Part shown: piece by piece, positions 29,513 to 39,518 of the stretch
How positions within the stretch are numbered: the first letter of the stretch is position 1
Layout: each line of letters opens with the position of its first letter
Assembly: GCA_963700155.1 (NCBI GenBank)
Contig: OY969472.1
Coordinates: 381,511-445,510, forward strand
Source: an uncultured bacterium
GTDB taxonomy: Bacteria; Patescibacteriota; Dojkabacteria; J137
Length of the DNA stretch: 64,000 bases
Direction: 5' to 3'
The notes under the pieces: generated by a model
The model's database searches: none
Told to the model about the DNA's origin: nothing
The model's input: only the letters and a program-made list of their open reading frames with translations
Translations under genes and position numbers: made by a program

Positions 29513-30299
29513 AACTGGGGAGAGAGTTATACCTTCTGAATATAAATCAACAGAAGATTATTTAATTTACCTAAGACATGTTTTTGCCTATAATTTTGCC
29601 TCAGGAAAGGTAAAAACCACAGATTATGGAATAGATATTGGATGTGGTGAAGGCTATGGTACCGATATACTCTCAGATAAAGTCTCAAAAATTGTTGGAC
29701 TAGATGTTGATGAGGATACTATACAACATGCTAAAAAAATACATGAGAATGCTAATATTGATTTTCAAAAATATGGAGGTAAAATTATTCCTTTTGAAGA
29801 TAATACTTTTGACTTTGCCGTCTCCTTTCAAGTAATTGAGCATATACCTCATGATGAATTATATATTTCAGAAGTGTACAGAGTCTTGAAAAATGGTGGG
29901 ATTTTTATACTTACTACACCTAATAAAACAAACAGGCTTAAACCTGGTCAAAAACCATGGAATAAATATCATATAAGAGAATATTACCCTAATGAGTTAA
30001 AAGATATTTTACTCAAACATTTTGATAGTGTTGAAATATTAGGTGTCTTTGGGAAGAAGGATATTCATGAGATCGAACTTAATAGGATTATTAAAAATCA
30101 AAAGTTAGCTACAATGGACCCTTTGAATCTTCGTAGGTTTATTCCAGAAATGCTTAAAATCCAAATTCTTAACTTCGTACGAAAAGATAACAAAAAATTA
30201 GGATCCATAACAAATAGGAAATTTAATATTGATGATATATATACAAAAGGAGAAGAAGTTAATCAATCTTTAGATCTACTTGGAATATGTACTAAGTGA
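29499..30299 (+). CDS. Class I SAM-dependent methyltransferase
   Basis: DIGCGEGYGTDIL motif I. Confidence 0.7.
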   Translation: MKLLKTGERVIPSEYKSTEDYLIYLRHVFAYNFASGKVKTTDYGIDIGCGEGYGTDILSDKVSKIVGLDVDEDTIQHAKKIHENANIDFQKYGGKIIPFEDNTFDFAVSFQVIEHIPHDELYISEVYRVLKNGGIFILTTPNKTNRLKPGQKPWNKYHIREYYPNELKDILLKHFDSVEILGVFGKKDIHEIELNRIIKNQKLATMDPLNLRRFIPEMLKIQILNFVRKDNKKLGSITNRKFNIDDIYTKGEEVNQSLDLLGICTK

Positions 30300-30312
30300 A
30301 AATATTTAACTA

Positions 30313-31800
30313 CTAATTTGACTGAAACAATATAACTTTGAAATCTTCATTCTTGTATATAATCGTATTTTTACTCAAATCTAAATTTGAGTAATCCCTT
30401 CCCAAAAGATAATAAATACCCTTAGTTAAAAATCGTTCACTTTTATCATATATTTTTTGATTTTCTTTACTTACGATATTTTTTAAGTAGTAACCAGTTG
30501 CAGAGGAAAGAGAAGATGAAATATAGACCTTTTGCCCAACATATAAATCTGTAATTTTATTAGCGACTTCTTTTGATATTGAATCAGATTTAAAAGAATA
30601 TGTATACTCTAGATTGAGTGATTTTGTAAAGTTCAATAGGTTTAGAACAAAATAAAATACAAAAAACACGTATACAAAATATTTAATATCTCGCCTATTT
30701 GCCATTCCTACTAACGAAATTAATATCCCTACAATTATGAAATTAAATAGTAATATAAGAAATAGTGCAGTTCTATCAATAAGATATCTATTACCTAGCA
30801 GATAAAATTGCAAAGTAGTACTTAAAGCACTAAATCCTAATAAAAATATACCAATATTTAAAATAAAGTTAGATTTTTTGAACAGAAAAAGAACAAAACC
30901 TATCAGAACTAGAACTAATATTAATACTAATAAAAAACCTACTATACTCTCATCCCAATTAGAATATAATGATGCTTTAATTACAGATTGAATAGAATCT
31001 GAAATAAAATTATTTGTTCCACCATAATACAATTGATCTTTTAATTTTAAGTAAATTGAAATTAATCCAAATAATCCCATTGATACAACAAAGTAAATTA
31101 AAGATAAAAAATTAAACTTAAACCAACTCTTTAATTTCACTTTTAGTGTTCCTTGGAGATTTATAAACGATTTTATAAACAAAGTTAAATATAAAGGTAA
31201 CACTAAATTCGCAAATACTAGATTTGATAAAATTGATAGCAATGAGAAGCATGCAAATAATGATATAAAACCTTTCTTATTTCCTGTTGAGTCCCATAAT
31301 TTAATAAAGAATAATAATGAAATAGAAAAAAAAGACAATGCTAGCCCATATCCTCTTGAAAGCGAAAAAAAATCTAAAATAAATGGATTTAATATGATCA
31401 AGAGCATTCCTAAAACTGAGATTACAAAGTTCGTATATTTTCTAAAAAAATAAAAGAGTGAGTAACCAAATGGTATAAATGAGAGTACATTAGGCAATCT
31501 TATGGATAATTCACTATTACCAAGTAAATCTATACTTATTTTAGATAAAATCGAATTTATTAAGTGATTATTTGTAGGGGATCCTGCATAATAAGTAAAA
31601 ATATTCAACCAGGACGTGTTAATGAAATTTTTGTATGTATATGCTTCATCATAGGTGATTGACATATTTTTTGCTCTTACAAAAATATATAAGAAGAAGA
31701 TACCTATTATTATTGTTATAAAGATTTTTTCAAATTTGAAATCTTTTAAACCGTTAATAAATCTTGTCATTTCTTTTATATCAAGAATAAATGTAGACAT
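30313..31800 (-). CDS. GT-C glycosyltransferase (GT39/GT83, PMT/ArnT-like)
   Basis: First-loop YDEAYTY, the DE(a)Y motif typical of GT-C enzymes; polytopic. Confidence 0.6.
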   Translation of the reverse strand: MSTFILDIKEMTRFINGLKDFKFEKIFITIIIGIFFLYIFVRAKNMSITYDEAYTYKNFINTSWLNIFTYYAGSPTNNHLINSILSKISIDLLGNSELSIRLPNVLSFIPFGYSLFYFFRKYTNFVISVLGMLLIILNPFILDFFSLSRGYGLALSFFSISLLFFIKLWDSTGNKKGFISLFACFSLLSILSNLVFANLVLPLYLTLFIKSFINLQGTLKVKLKSWFKFNFLSLIYFVVSMGLFGLISIYLKLKDQLYYGGTNNFISDSIQSVIKASLYSNWDESIVGFLLVLILVLVLIGFVLFLFKKSNFILNIGIFLLGFSALSTTLQFYLLGNRYLIDRTALFLILLFNFIIVGILISLVGMANRRDIKYFVYVFFVFYFVLNLLNFTKSLNLEYTYSFKSDSISKEVANKITDLYVGQKVYISSSLSSATGYYLKNIVSKENQKIYDKSERFLTKGIYYLLGRDYSNLDLSKNTIIYKNEDFKVILFQSN

Positions 31801-31867
31801 TATACTTTCGAATTTCCCCTATAACAATGAAGATGCTATTATAAGAGTTAACTTAAGAATACTCAAA

Positions 31868-33877
31868 ATGGAAATTATCTTAAAAGTACTTTTATTGATA
31901 TTTACCTTTTATTTAGCGGGTCTATCTTCGATATTTCTGTTAAAAAAGTTATCAAAATTAAATATTATAAATTTAATAATATTTTCGATTTTCTTTTTTT
32001 TCACATATATAATTCTATTATCCTTTGGTTTGCTAATTACTGGATTATTCAATCTAAACAATTTAACTATCCTTATCGTCTTAATTTCTATATGTAGTAT
32101 ATTTGTCACTTATAAAGTCAGACCACAGTTAACTTTAAAAAATTTTGAAATTTCCAAGATTGATTTATTAGTATTAATTGGCATAACATTATTTTTAATA
32201 CCAACTGGGCTCAAGATGTCTGAGTGGGAAACTGCTGGTATGGATGCCGGGAATTATGTCTCAATATCTAACAATTTCATAAATAGTGAGAGTTTTCGTT
32301 CTCCAATGAACTATAGTACTAACGATTTTGAATGTTTAAAAGGATTCGAATGCTTAAGTGACGGTTATTATAATCCGCAGTATTTACCAGCATACCCCAT
32401 TTTATTAGCTGATGGATTGACAATTAGTAAATCATTTGGAGAATTGGCAATACAACTAGTTATTGCGTTCTCAACATTGTTAGCTTTTTATGCTTTATTA
32501 AAAAAAATATTTAAACAAAATATTGCCATTATTGCGCTATTGATATTTATGCTAATGCCCCTTCAAATCCTTTATTCTAAGGAGTTTATGTCAGAGAATC
32601 TTGGTCAGTTTTTTTTCTTTGTTTCAATGCTGTTTCTTTACATTGGTATTGAAAAAAAATCTAAGGTGGTTGTCTATTTAAGCTTTATTGCAACTTCGAT
32701 GATGCTATTAACTAAACTTGATTCAATATTAATTATTATTCCTTTAAGTTTAATAATAAGTTTCTATTATTTGAAAAATGTTAAAGATTCCCTTTTCCGA
32801 TTTACATCTATTCCTTTAATTGTAGTGGTTCTATTCTACAATTTTATATCTTTGAATTATTCATCCCATCCTATTACTAGGCATCCCATTATTTCACCAA
32901 CTGCATTAATAATATTAATTTTTGTATTATTTTGCTTTGTTATCTCATTTATTAACTTTAATTCTAAAGTACTTTTGAAAGCAGTAGATTTTCTGAAGAT
33001 AAATTTTAGAAAAATTTTTTTTCTATTATTACTAAGTATTGGAGTCATACTATTAATTAGACTAATATCAGCACTCCAAAATCCGGAAAATCTTGCAAAG
33101 ACTTATGATCAGGTAAATATTTTGAGACTAACGTATTTTACTTCGATACCATTTGCAGTTAGTGCTGTGATTGGAAGTATTTTATTAATATTTAAAGCCA
33201 AAACAAAACTATTGCTAGCAATATTTCCATTTATATTAGTAACTTGTTTTACTCTGTATTATTCTCAGCACTCTTCTCCACTATACTGGTGGGGAAGAAG
33301 GTATTTACTATTTGCAATCCCACTAATAGTAATTTTAACTTCATATCTAATTAGTGTATTAATTAAAAGTAAATTTAAAGTGTTTACTGTTTTAATTTTT
33401 TTATTAATGATTCTGTATCTATTTACTCAATTTAGTTTGCCAGCTTTTCGATATAAACAAAATGAAAGTGTCAATAGGCAAATGGAATTATATGCTTCAG
33501 AAATTAATCATCCATCAATTTTTTTACTAAGGGATAGGAATACCGCAAATATTAGAATAGCTTCTGTGGCTTGGATATATGGAGATGAGCTCAGATACTT
33601 TAGTGATAATAAACCACTTACTACTGAAAAAATAAAGGATATCGTTAATGCTAACCAAGATAAGACAATTTATGCGATAAATTTCAATGAACAAGATAAA
33701 AAATTGGTAAAAGAGTCTGAGTTTAACTTAAAAGATTGTTTCAATGAAACTATTTCTTATTCCTACTACTTTAGTGATAAAATTTTATGCGACAATGAAT
33801 ATCTTTGTTCTTGGAATAATGCACTAACTACACATCTAGCTAGATATCATCTTAATACTTGTAGCATAGGGTATTAA
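31868..33877 (+). CDS. Polytopic membrane protein, putative GT-C glycosyltransferase. The true start is probably the ATG at 31868, not the track's 31655.
   Basis: Track ORF 31655-33877 overlaps the start of the divergent gene. The internal MEIILKVLLLIF start follows the intergenic region. Loop motif WETAGMDAGNY. Confidence 0.5.
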   Translation: MEIILKVLLLIFTFYLAGLSSIFLLKKLSKLNIINLIIFSIFFFFTYIILLSFGLLITGLFNLNNLTILIVLISICSIFVTYKVRPQLTLKNFEISKIDLLVLIGITLFLIPTGLKMSEWETAGMDAGNYVSISNNFINSESFRSPMNYSTNDFECLKGFECLSDGYYNPQYLPAYPILLADGLTISKSFGELAIQLVIAFSTLLAFYALLKKIFKQNIAIIALLIFMLMPLQILYSKEFMSENLGQFFFFVSMLFLYIGIEKKSKVVVYLSFIATSMMLLTKLDSILIIIPLSLIISFYYLKNVKDSLFRFTSIPLIVVVLFYNFISLNYSSHPITRHPIISPTALIILIFVLFCFVISFINFNSKVLLKAVDFLKINFRKIFFLLLLSIGVILLIRLISALQNPENLAKTYDQVNILRLTYFTSIPFAVSAVIGSILLIFKAKTKLLLAIFPFILVTCFTLYYSQHSSPLYWWGRRYLLFAIPLIVILTSYLISVLIKSKFKVFTVLIFLLMILYLFTQFSLPAFRYKQNESVNRQMELYASEINHPSIFLLRDRNTANIRIASVAWIYGDELRYFSDNKPLTTEKIKDIVNANQDKTIYAINFNEQDKKLVKESEFNLKDCFNETISYSYYFSDKILCDNEYLCSWNNALTTHLARYHLNTCSIGY

Positions 33878-33902
33878 TTATTTTATATTTCATTCTTTAA
33901 TT

Positions 33903-35183
33903 ATGAAAGTTTCTATTATTGGTTTGGGTTATGTAGGCTTTCCGCTTTTACTTGCTATGGCGAATAGAACTAAACATGATGTAATCGGCTTTGATATTTC
34001 AAAAGGCAGAATAGATAAAATAAATAAAGGCATCTGTCCTATTATTGACGAGCAAGCAGAAAATGAATTTAAAAACAGCAAAGCAAAGTTAAATGTAACA
34101 ACAGACTCCGATCAGATGAAAGATTCTGATGTTTTCATAATATGCGTTCCTACTCCAGTAAATAGCGACTTTGACCCAGACTATGAACCAGTAATAAATT
34201 CATCAAAAACAGCAGCAAAATATTTAAAGAAAGGAAGTATATTAGTTCTTGAATCTACAGTTAATCCCGGTACTTGTGAGGAAATTGTAGCTCCTTCGAT
34301 TGCAGAAGTAACAAATCTTAAATTTGGAGAAGAATACGATATTGTTCATGTTCCAGAAAGAATAAATCCAGGAGATAAAAAATGGAATGTTACTAATCTT
34401 CCAAGAAATATTGGAGGTTCAAGAGTAGAAGCTAGTCAAAGAATTTATGATTTATATAAAGAATTTATTGAAGCAGAGTTAAAAGTTGTTTCAAACCTTA
34501 AGGTTGCAGAAGCATCAAAAATTGTAGAAAACTCATTTAGAGACATAAATATTGCATTTGTTAATGAACTTGCAAAATCCTTCGATGCTATGGGGGTGGA
34601 TTTAATTGAGACTATTCAAGCAGCGTCATCCAAATTCAGCTTTATGCCTCACTGGCCAGGACCAGGAGTTGGAGGACACTGTATTGCCGTAGATCCTTAC
34701 TATTTGATTAAGCGTGCAGCAAAGTCAGGTTTTAATCACAGACTTTTAAAAGAAGCTAGAAATATTAATAACAGCATGCCGGATTATACAATCTCAAAAC
34801 TGACTTTGCTGCTTAATGAACTTGAACTCCCTATAAAAGGAACAAAAATTGCATTATTAGGTTTAAGTTATAAACCTGAAGTTGGTGATTTGAGGGAAAG
34901 CCCTTCTCTAGTTTTAGAGAGAAAACTTACAAAACTAGGAGCAGATTTAAATGTTTATGAGCCATTTGTACTTGATAGGTCAAATGTTAAGACATTAGAT
35001 GAAGCAATAAAAAATTGCTCAGCAATTATTATTGCAACCGCTCATAAAGAGTTTATTAACAAATTAACTCCGAAATATCTAAAAAAAATGAAGGTTAAAT
35101 CTGTTTTAGATACAAGAAGTTGCCTTGATTTTGATGCAATTAAGAAAGAAGGAATATTGTATACTGCAATAGGAAGACAATAA
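33903..35183 (+). CDS. UDP-glucose/GDP-mannose dehydrogenase family (nucleotide-sugar dehydrogenase)
   Basis: MKVSIIGLGYVGFPL NAD motif; the catalytic Cys region GGHCI. Confidence 0.85.
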   Translation: MKVSIIGLGYVGFPLLLAMANRTKHDVIGFDISKGRIDKINKGICPIIDEQAENEFKNSKAKLNVTTDSDQMKDSDVFIICVPTPVNSDFDPDYEPVINSSKTAAKYLKKGSILVLESTVNPGTCEEIVAPSIAEVTNLKFGEEYDIVHVPERINPGDKKWNVTNLPRNIGGSRVEASQRIYDLYKEFIEAELKVVSNLKVAEASKIVENSFRDINIAFVNELAKSFDAMGVDLIETIQAASSKFSFMPHWPGPGVGGHCIAVDPYYLIKRAAKSGFNHRLLKEARNINNSMPDYTISKLTLLLNELELPIKGTKIALLGLSYKPEVGDLRESPSLVLERKLTKLGADLNVYEPFVLDRSNVKTLDEAIKNCSAIIIATAHKEFINKLTPKYLKKMKVKSVLDTRSCLDFDAIKKEGILYTAIGRQ

Positions 35184-35208
35184 ACATTTACTTTGCTAAA
35201 ATTATCAA

Positions 35209-36669
35209 ATGAAAAATAGACTCGCTATCTATACTGCAATTTATGGAAACACAGATAACTTAATAGAACCTCCTATTGTTCCTGATAATTGTGATTTTTT
35301 CTGTTTTACAGATAGGAAGGACATCTCATCAAAGGTCTTCAAAGTAATTTATAGGAAAGCTATATTTCCCAACGATAGTAATAGATCTGCAAAATATTTT
35401 AAAGTCTTCCCAAATGAGCTTTTTCCGGATTATGAATACTCTTTTTGGATTGATGCTAGGACTTACGTATTAGCACCTAATATATTTGATATTGCCCTCG
35501 AATTATTAAAGGATAAAAACCTGGCAGTCTTTAAACATCCTGAAAGAAATTCAATTTATGATGAAGCAAATATATGTATAGAATGGAAGAAGGATGCACC
35601 AGAAATAATAAATAAACAGATGGATCGATACAAACAAGAAGGATATAAAGATCAAATAGTTTTAGTAAATGGCGGTTTTATTTTCAGAAGACATCATGAA
35701 CAAGATATTATCTTATTTGAAAAAAAATGGTGGGAAGAAATCATAAAATATAGTAAGCGTGATCAGTTAAGTTTCCCCTATGCCGCTTGGAAAACAAATC
35801 TAAAATTTGAAATAATATATAAAAATATTTATGATAATGATCTTGTTAAAGTACTAAATTATAAGGAGCGAAACTTTCAGAAAGAAATTAAAGGTTCTAT
35901 AGGAAATAACAAGATAGTTGTATATTCTGCACTGTTTGGGGATATAGATATGTATAAAGAAGTCGAATTTGATATTCCTGGATGCGATTTTGTCTTATTT
36001 ACAGATAATAAGAAATTAAAGTTAAAAAGAACTCAAGTAAGACATTTTAAAGTAAATTCTCAAGATAATCGTAAAGCTGCTAGAATGTTTAAACTCCTCC
36101 CTCATAGATTTTTTCCCGAATACGAATATTCTATTTGGATTGATGCAAGCATAATAATTAAAAGTGATAAGTTAAATAGGTTAGTAATCGAAGTACTAAA
36201 AGATTTTAACTTTGCAGCTTTCGAACATAGGGACAGAAAAACTTTACTTGAAGAATTAAATTCATGTCTTGAAAGGAAAAAGGATAACCCCTATATGTTA
36301 ATAAAACAATATGAAGATTATATAAAAGAAGGATTCCAAGATGTTGGACTTATTGAAACAGGTACACTTATTCGAAGACATATGTCTAAGGAAATAATTG
36401 AATTTAATGAATTATGGTGGGAACAAATTAAAAAATATACAATAAGAGATCAGATTAGTTTCGCGTATGTTTTGTGGAAGAAGAATTTACAATTTTATAA
36501 AATGAGTGGTAGTGTTTGGAAAAATAAATATTTTGAGGTACAACAACATAATATTAAAAGTGATTCATTTAGAGCAAAAGAGGTAAGAGTTAGATTTACT
36601 AGCGAAATTTTAAATTATTTAAGTTGGTTTAAAAACTATGTCAATTCTAAATTCAAAAAAGATGTATGA
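35209..36669 (+). CDS. Tandem DUF616-like domain protein (putative glycosyltransferase-associated)
   Basis: Internal duplication: IYTAIYGNTDNL...FWIDARTYV and VVYSALFGDIDMY...IWIDASIII. Confidence 0.5.
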   Translation: MKNRLAIYTAIYGNTDNLIEPPIVPDNCDFFCFTDRKDISSKVFKVIYRKAIFPNDSNRSAKYFKVFPNELFPDYEYSFWIDARTYVLAPNIFDIALELLKDKNLAVFKHPERNSIYDEANICIEWKKDAPEIINKQMDRYKQEGYKDQIVLVNGGFIFRRHHEQDIILFEKKWWEEIIKYSKRDQLSFPYAAWKTNLKFEIIYKNIYDNDLVKVLNYKERNFQKEIKGSIGNNKIVVYSALFGDIDMYKEVEFDIPGCDFVLFTDNKKLKLKRTQVRHFKVNSQDNRKAARMFKLLPHRFFPEYEYSIWIDASIIIKSDKLNRLVIEVLKDFNFAAFEHRDRKTLLEELNSCLERKKDNPYMLIKQYEDYIKEGFQDVGLIETGTLIRRHMSKEIIEFNELWWEQIKKYTIRDQISFAYVLWKKNLQFYKMSGSVWKNKYFEVQQHNIKSDSFRAKEVRVRFTSEILNYLSWFKNYVNSKFKKDV

Positions 36670-37330
36670 AGGTTATGATTTAAAGAAATATGATTTCCTA
36701 GACTTAGGATGTGGTGATGGTGGCTCAATTGAATATTGTAAAAAACACTTCAATGTTAAAGATGGAATTGGAATTGATATAAGAGAACATAGAGTCAAAA
36801 AGGCAAAAGATTTAGGATACTCAGCAATTTATGGAGACATATTTGATATTAATGTGGATTATAAATTTAAGTTTGTAAGTTTTATGGATGTTTTAGAACA
36901 TTTAGGAGGAATAGACTTCTCGATGAAAATGATTAAAAAAGCTTCTACACTGGCAAGCGATTTTATCTTTATAAGACATCCTTCTTTTGAAGATATTGAT
37001 TATTTAGAGAATCTAGGTTTAAAAATAACATGGTATGATTGGACTGACCATACTTCATTAATAAAGTTAACCGATTACTGTCAAACTTTTGATAGATTGG
37101 GACTTAAACAATATTGTTTCAATTTTAGAAAACCAATCACATCAAGCGAAGATAAATATGTGATCCCATATGATTCACCTATTGATACACTTGAGTATAA
37201 TTCAGAAACTCTTCCTAAGAAGAAAAAAATAGAGTTTGGACATACAATATATGGCCAAATAGATATTTTTGTAGCACTTAAACCTATTCCCTTTCCTAGA
37301 TGGAATTGGATAACTCGAGAAGGAAGGTGA
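36638..37330 (+). CDS. SAM-dependent methyltransferase
   Basis: LDLGCGDGGS motif I. Confidence 0.55.
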   Translation: MSILNSKKMYEGYDLKKYDFLDLGCGDGGSIEYCKKHFNVKDGIGIDIREHRVKKAKDLGYSAIYGDIFDINVDYKFKFVSFMDVLEHLGGIDFSMKMIKKASTLASDFIFIRHPSFEDIDYLENLGLKITWYDWTDHTSLIKLTDYCQTFDRLGLKQYCFNFRKPITSSEDKYVIPYDSPIDTLEYNSETLPKKKKIEFGHTIYGQIDIFVALKPIPFPRWNWITREGR

Positions 37331-37332
37331 TG

Positions 37333-39507
37333 TTAATTTTGCTTACCTAATACCCTACGTATTCTAGTACCTATTGCAGCTTTTTCTCTTAATCTCTTGT
37401 AAAATCTATACATAGCTGAATTTTTTATTCTCCCTTTAATTTTCTTTTCCATATATCTTAAAATACTTCTATCAAAAGCATTTGTATAAAGCCATGGTGA
37501 GAAGAAAGATGAAAAACCAGCATTTTGATTTATTTGCTCGCGTAAACCATCGATTATTCTAAATATTTTACCTTCATAGTTGCTGTTACTTTGTAAATTA
37601 AAAGCTCTAATATAAGCAGCTTCAACAATCTTATTTCTTGTTTTTGGTTGTATTGCTTTTTTATATCCCTGATAAAGCTGATCAATATTTTCAGCTTCAT
37701 AAATAAATGCTGTTGTGTCCAAGACAAACTCGGCTAAACCCCCTACTCTAGTACTAATTAAAGGTGTTTTTAACAACATGACTTCTAAAGCAGATCTTCC
37801 AAACCCCTCACTTCTAGAAGCATTAATTACACACTGGGCTGATCGTAATATCTCCCAGGGCATATTTATAAATCCTATAAAATGAACGAATCTTTCTAAT
37901 TTGGCATTTTTAATATATTCTTGAAGCGATTTAAAGTAAGGAGATTCATCATAAGGGCCAACAATTATCAAATGCTGAGATCCGCCTTCTTTATGTAGTT
38001 GATCTAGAAGCTTAATTCCATCTAATTGACCTTTATTCTCCTCTACTGATCCAATCATCACGACTTTTTCAGCATCAACAACTTCAGGGTGATTTTTAAA
38101 ATATTTAACAATATTTTTAATATCAGCTAATTGATTTCTTTTATGAAATTCTTCTTCTAATTTATGAATATTCGGATATCTTTCTAAAATTATTTTAGAT
38201 TTTTCTTTAATAATTTCCTTTTTAGTTTTACCTGCTCGTTCCTCATTCCCAAAAGAACGCCCTTCCCAATGATGAATATATGTATTAGTTGAAACAATAT
38301 TTTTCATTCCATTATTCAAAGCTCTCATTGAAAAATCAACTTCTTCTCCGTAACCTTTCCCAAAAGATTCTTCATCAAAATATCCAACTTTTTCAATAGT
38401 TGATCGTTTTATATACATGCAAAATCCATGAGATGCATGAGTCTGAATATATTTGTAAGGACTAAATTCTTCGACAATTTTATTCATTAATTCGGGATCA
38501 TTATCATATTCCTTATTAAATTGATCAGGAATGCTGTAATAACTTGCTGCATTTGATAATGCAGTAGATGTGGCGAACTCTTCACTTTGGTAAATATTTG
38601 TCTTTATTTTTTCTAGCCAGTTTTGAGTAACTATTGTATCCGAATTGAGTAAAACAACATCATTATTGTTCAACTTCATTCCTCGATTACACGTGTAAAC
38701 AAAACCTTTATTCTCATCATTTTGAAGATATTCAAAAAGTGAAGAGTTCGCCTTTACAAACTCCTTTACCTTCTCAGCTAATTCAAGATCAGGTCCTCTA
38801 TCATCAATTACATAAACCTTATTTAAACTTTCAGACTTATGTTTCTTTACGCTATCTAAGCATTGTAAAATACTTTCATCTTTATAAAATGGAATTATTA
38901 CATCTGTTTTTATACCTTTATCTACCGGTTTCAAATCTTGAACATCAACTTCAACCCTATTGTAAATTACACTTGAATTTGGATTTTTATAATTTTGTGT
39001 ATATTGGTCCTTTAAATATTTAGATATATAAATAACAGCATTACTACTAGAATTGATATATGCAGATAGTGATTCAAACAGTATTGGGATTTTGTATGAT
39101 GGATGATCTTTTATTGACTCTCTAATATGCCAAATATGTGGAATATTAAGAACTGTAGCAGCCAAAGCTCCAATATTGGTAACTGAAGTATTTGTATACA
39201 CCAGATCTACCTTCCATTCTCTTAGTTGGTTAGCAACTTCAATGGATTGTTCGAATATTCTTTTAAACTTATCTTTATCGTATGTTTGCCATGGCAAGTC
39301 AATCCAAAGTTCAGCAGGTATATATTCAAACTCTACTTCAAGTTTTTTGAGTTCATCAAGAAGAGTCCCATTTTCTTCAAACATAATCAATTTTATGTCA
39401 ATATCTTTTTTCTTTAGAAATTTGATTATTGTTATTAACGACTCCTCAGCTCCTCCATTCTTTTTAGCTCGAGGTGTTATAAAACAAACTGTAAACTTTT
39501 TATCCAT
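37333..39507 (-). CDS. Three-module glycosyltransferase (GT4-like, GT2, GT4)
   Basis: The central module reads VIIPFYKDE...YVIDDRG (GT2). The C-terminal module reads RSEGFGRSALEVM (GT4 E-x7-E). Confidence 0.75.
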   Translation of the reverse strand: MDKKFTVCFITPRAKKNGGAEESLITIIKFLKKKDIDIKLIMFEENGTLLDELKKLEVEFEYIPAELWIDLPWQTYDKDKFKRIFEQSIEVANQLREWKVDLVYTNTSVTNIGALAATVLNIPHIWHIRESIKDHPSYKIPILFESLSAYINSSSNAVIYISKYLKDQYTQNYKNPNSSVIYNRVEVDVQDLKPVDKGIKTDVIIPFYKDESILQCLDSVKKHKSESLNKVYVIDDRGPDLELAEKVKEFVKANSSLFEYLQNDENKGFVYTCNRGMKLNNNDVVLLNSDTIVTQNWLEKIKTNIYQSEEFATSTALSNAASYYSIPDQFNKEYDNDPELMNKIVEEFSPYKYIQTHASHGFCMYIKRSTIEKVGYFDEESFGKGYGEEVDFSMRALNNGMKNIVSTNTYIHHWEGRSFGNEERAGKTKKEIIKEKSKIILERYPNIHKLEEEFHKRNQLADIKNIVKYFKNHPEVVDAEKVVMIGSVEENKGQLDGIKLLDQLHKEGGSQHLIIVGPYDESPYFKSLQEYIKNAKLERFVHFIGFINMPWEILRSAQCVINASRSEGFGRSALEVMLLKTPLISTRVGGLAEFVLDTTAFIYEAENIDQLYQGYKKAIQPKTRNKIVEAAYIRAFNLQSNSNYEGKIFRIIDGLREQINQNAGFSSFFSPWLYTNAFDRSILRYMEKKIKGRIKNSAMYRFYKRLREKAAIGTRIRRVLGKQN

Positions 39508-39518
39508 AATTTTCTAAC

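Noticed and set aside
31655-31867. 5' extension of the 740-aa ORF overlapping the divergent gene 30313-31800
   Set aside because: The extension overlaps the start of the opposite-strand gene. An internal ATG at 31868, with the MEIILKVLLLIF hydrophobic start, follows the intergenic gap and is the more plausible start.
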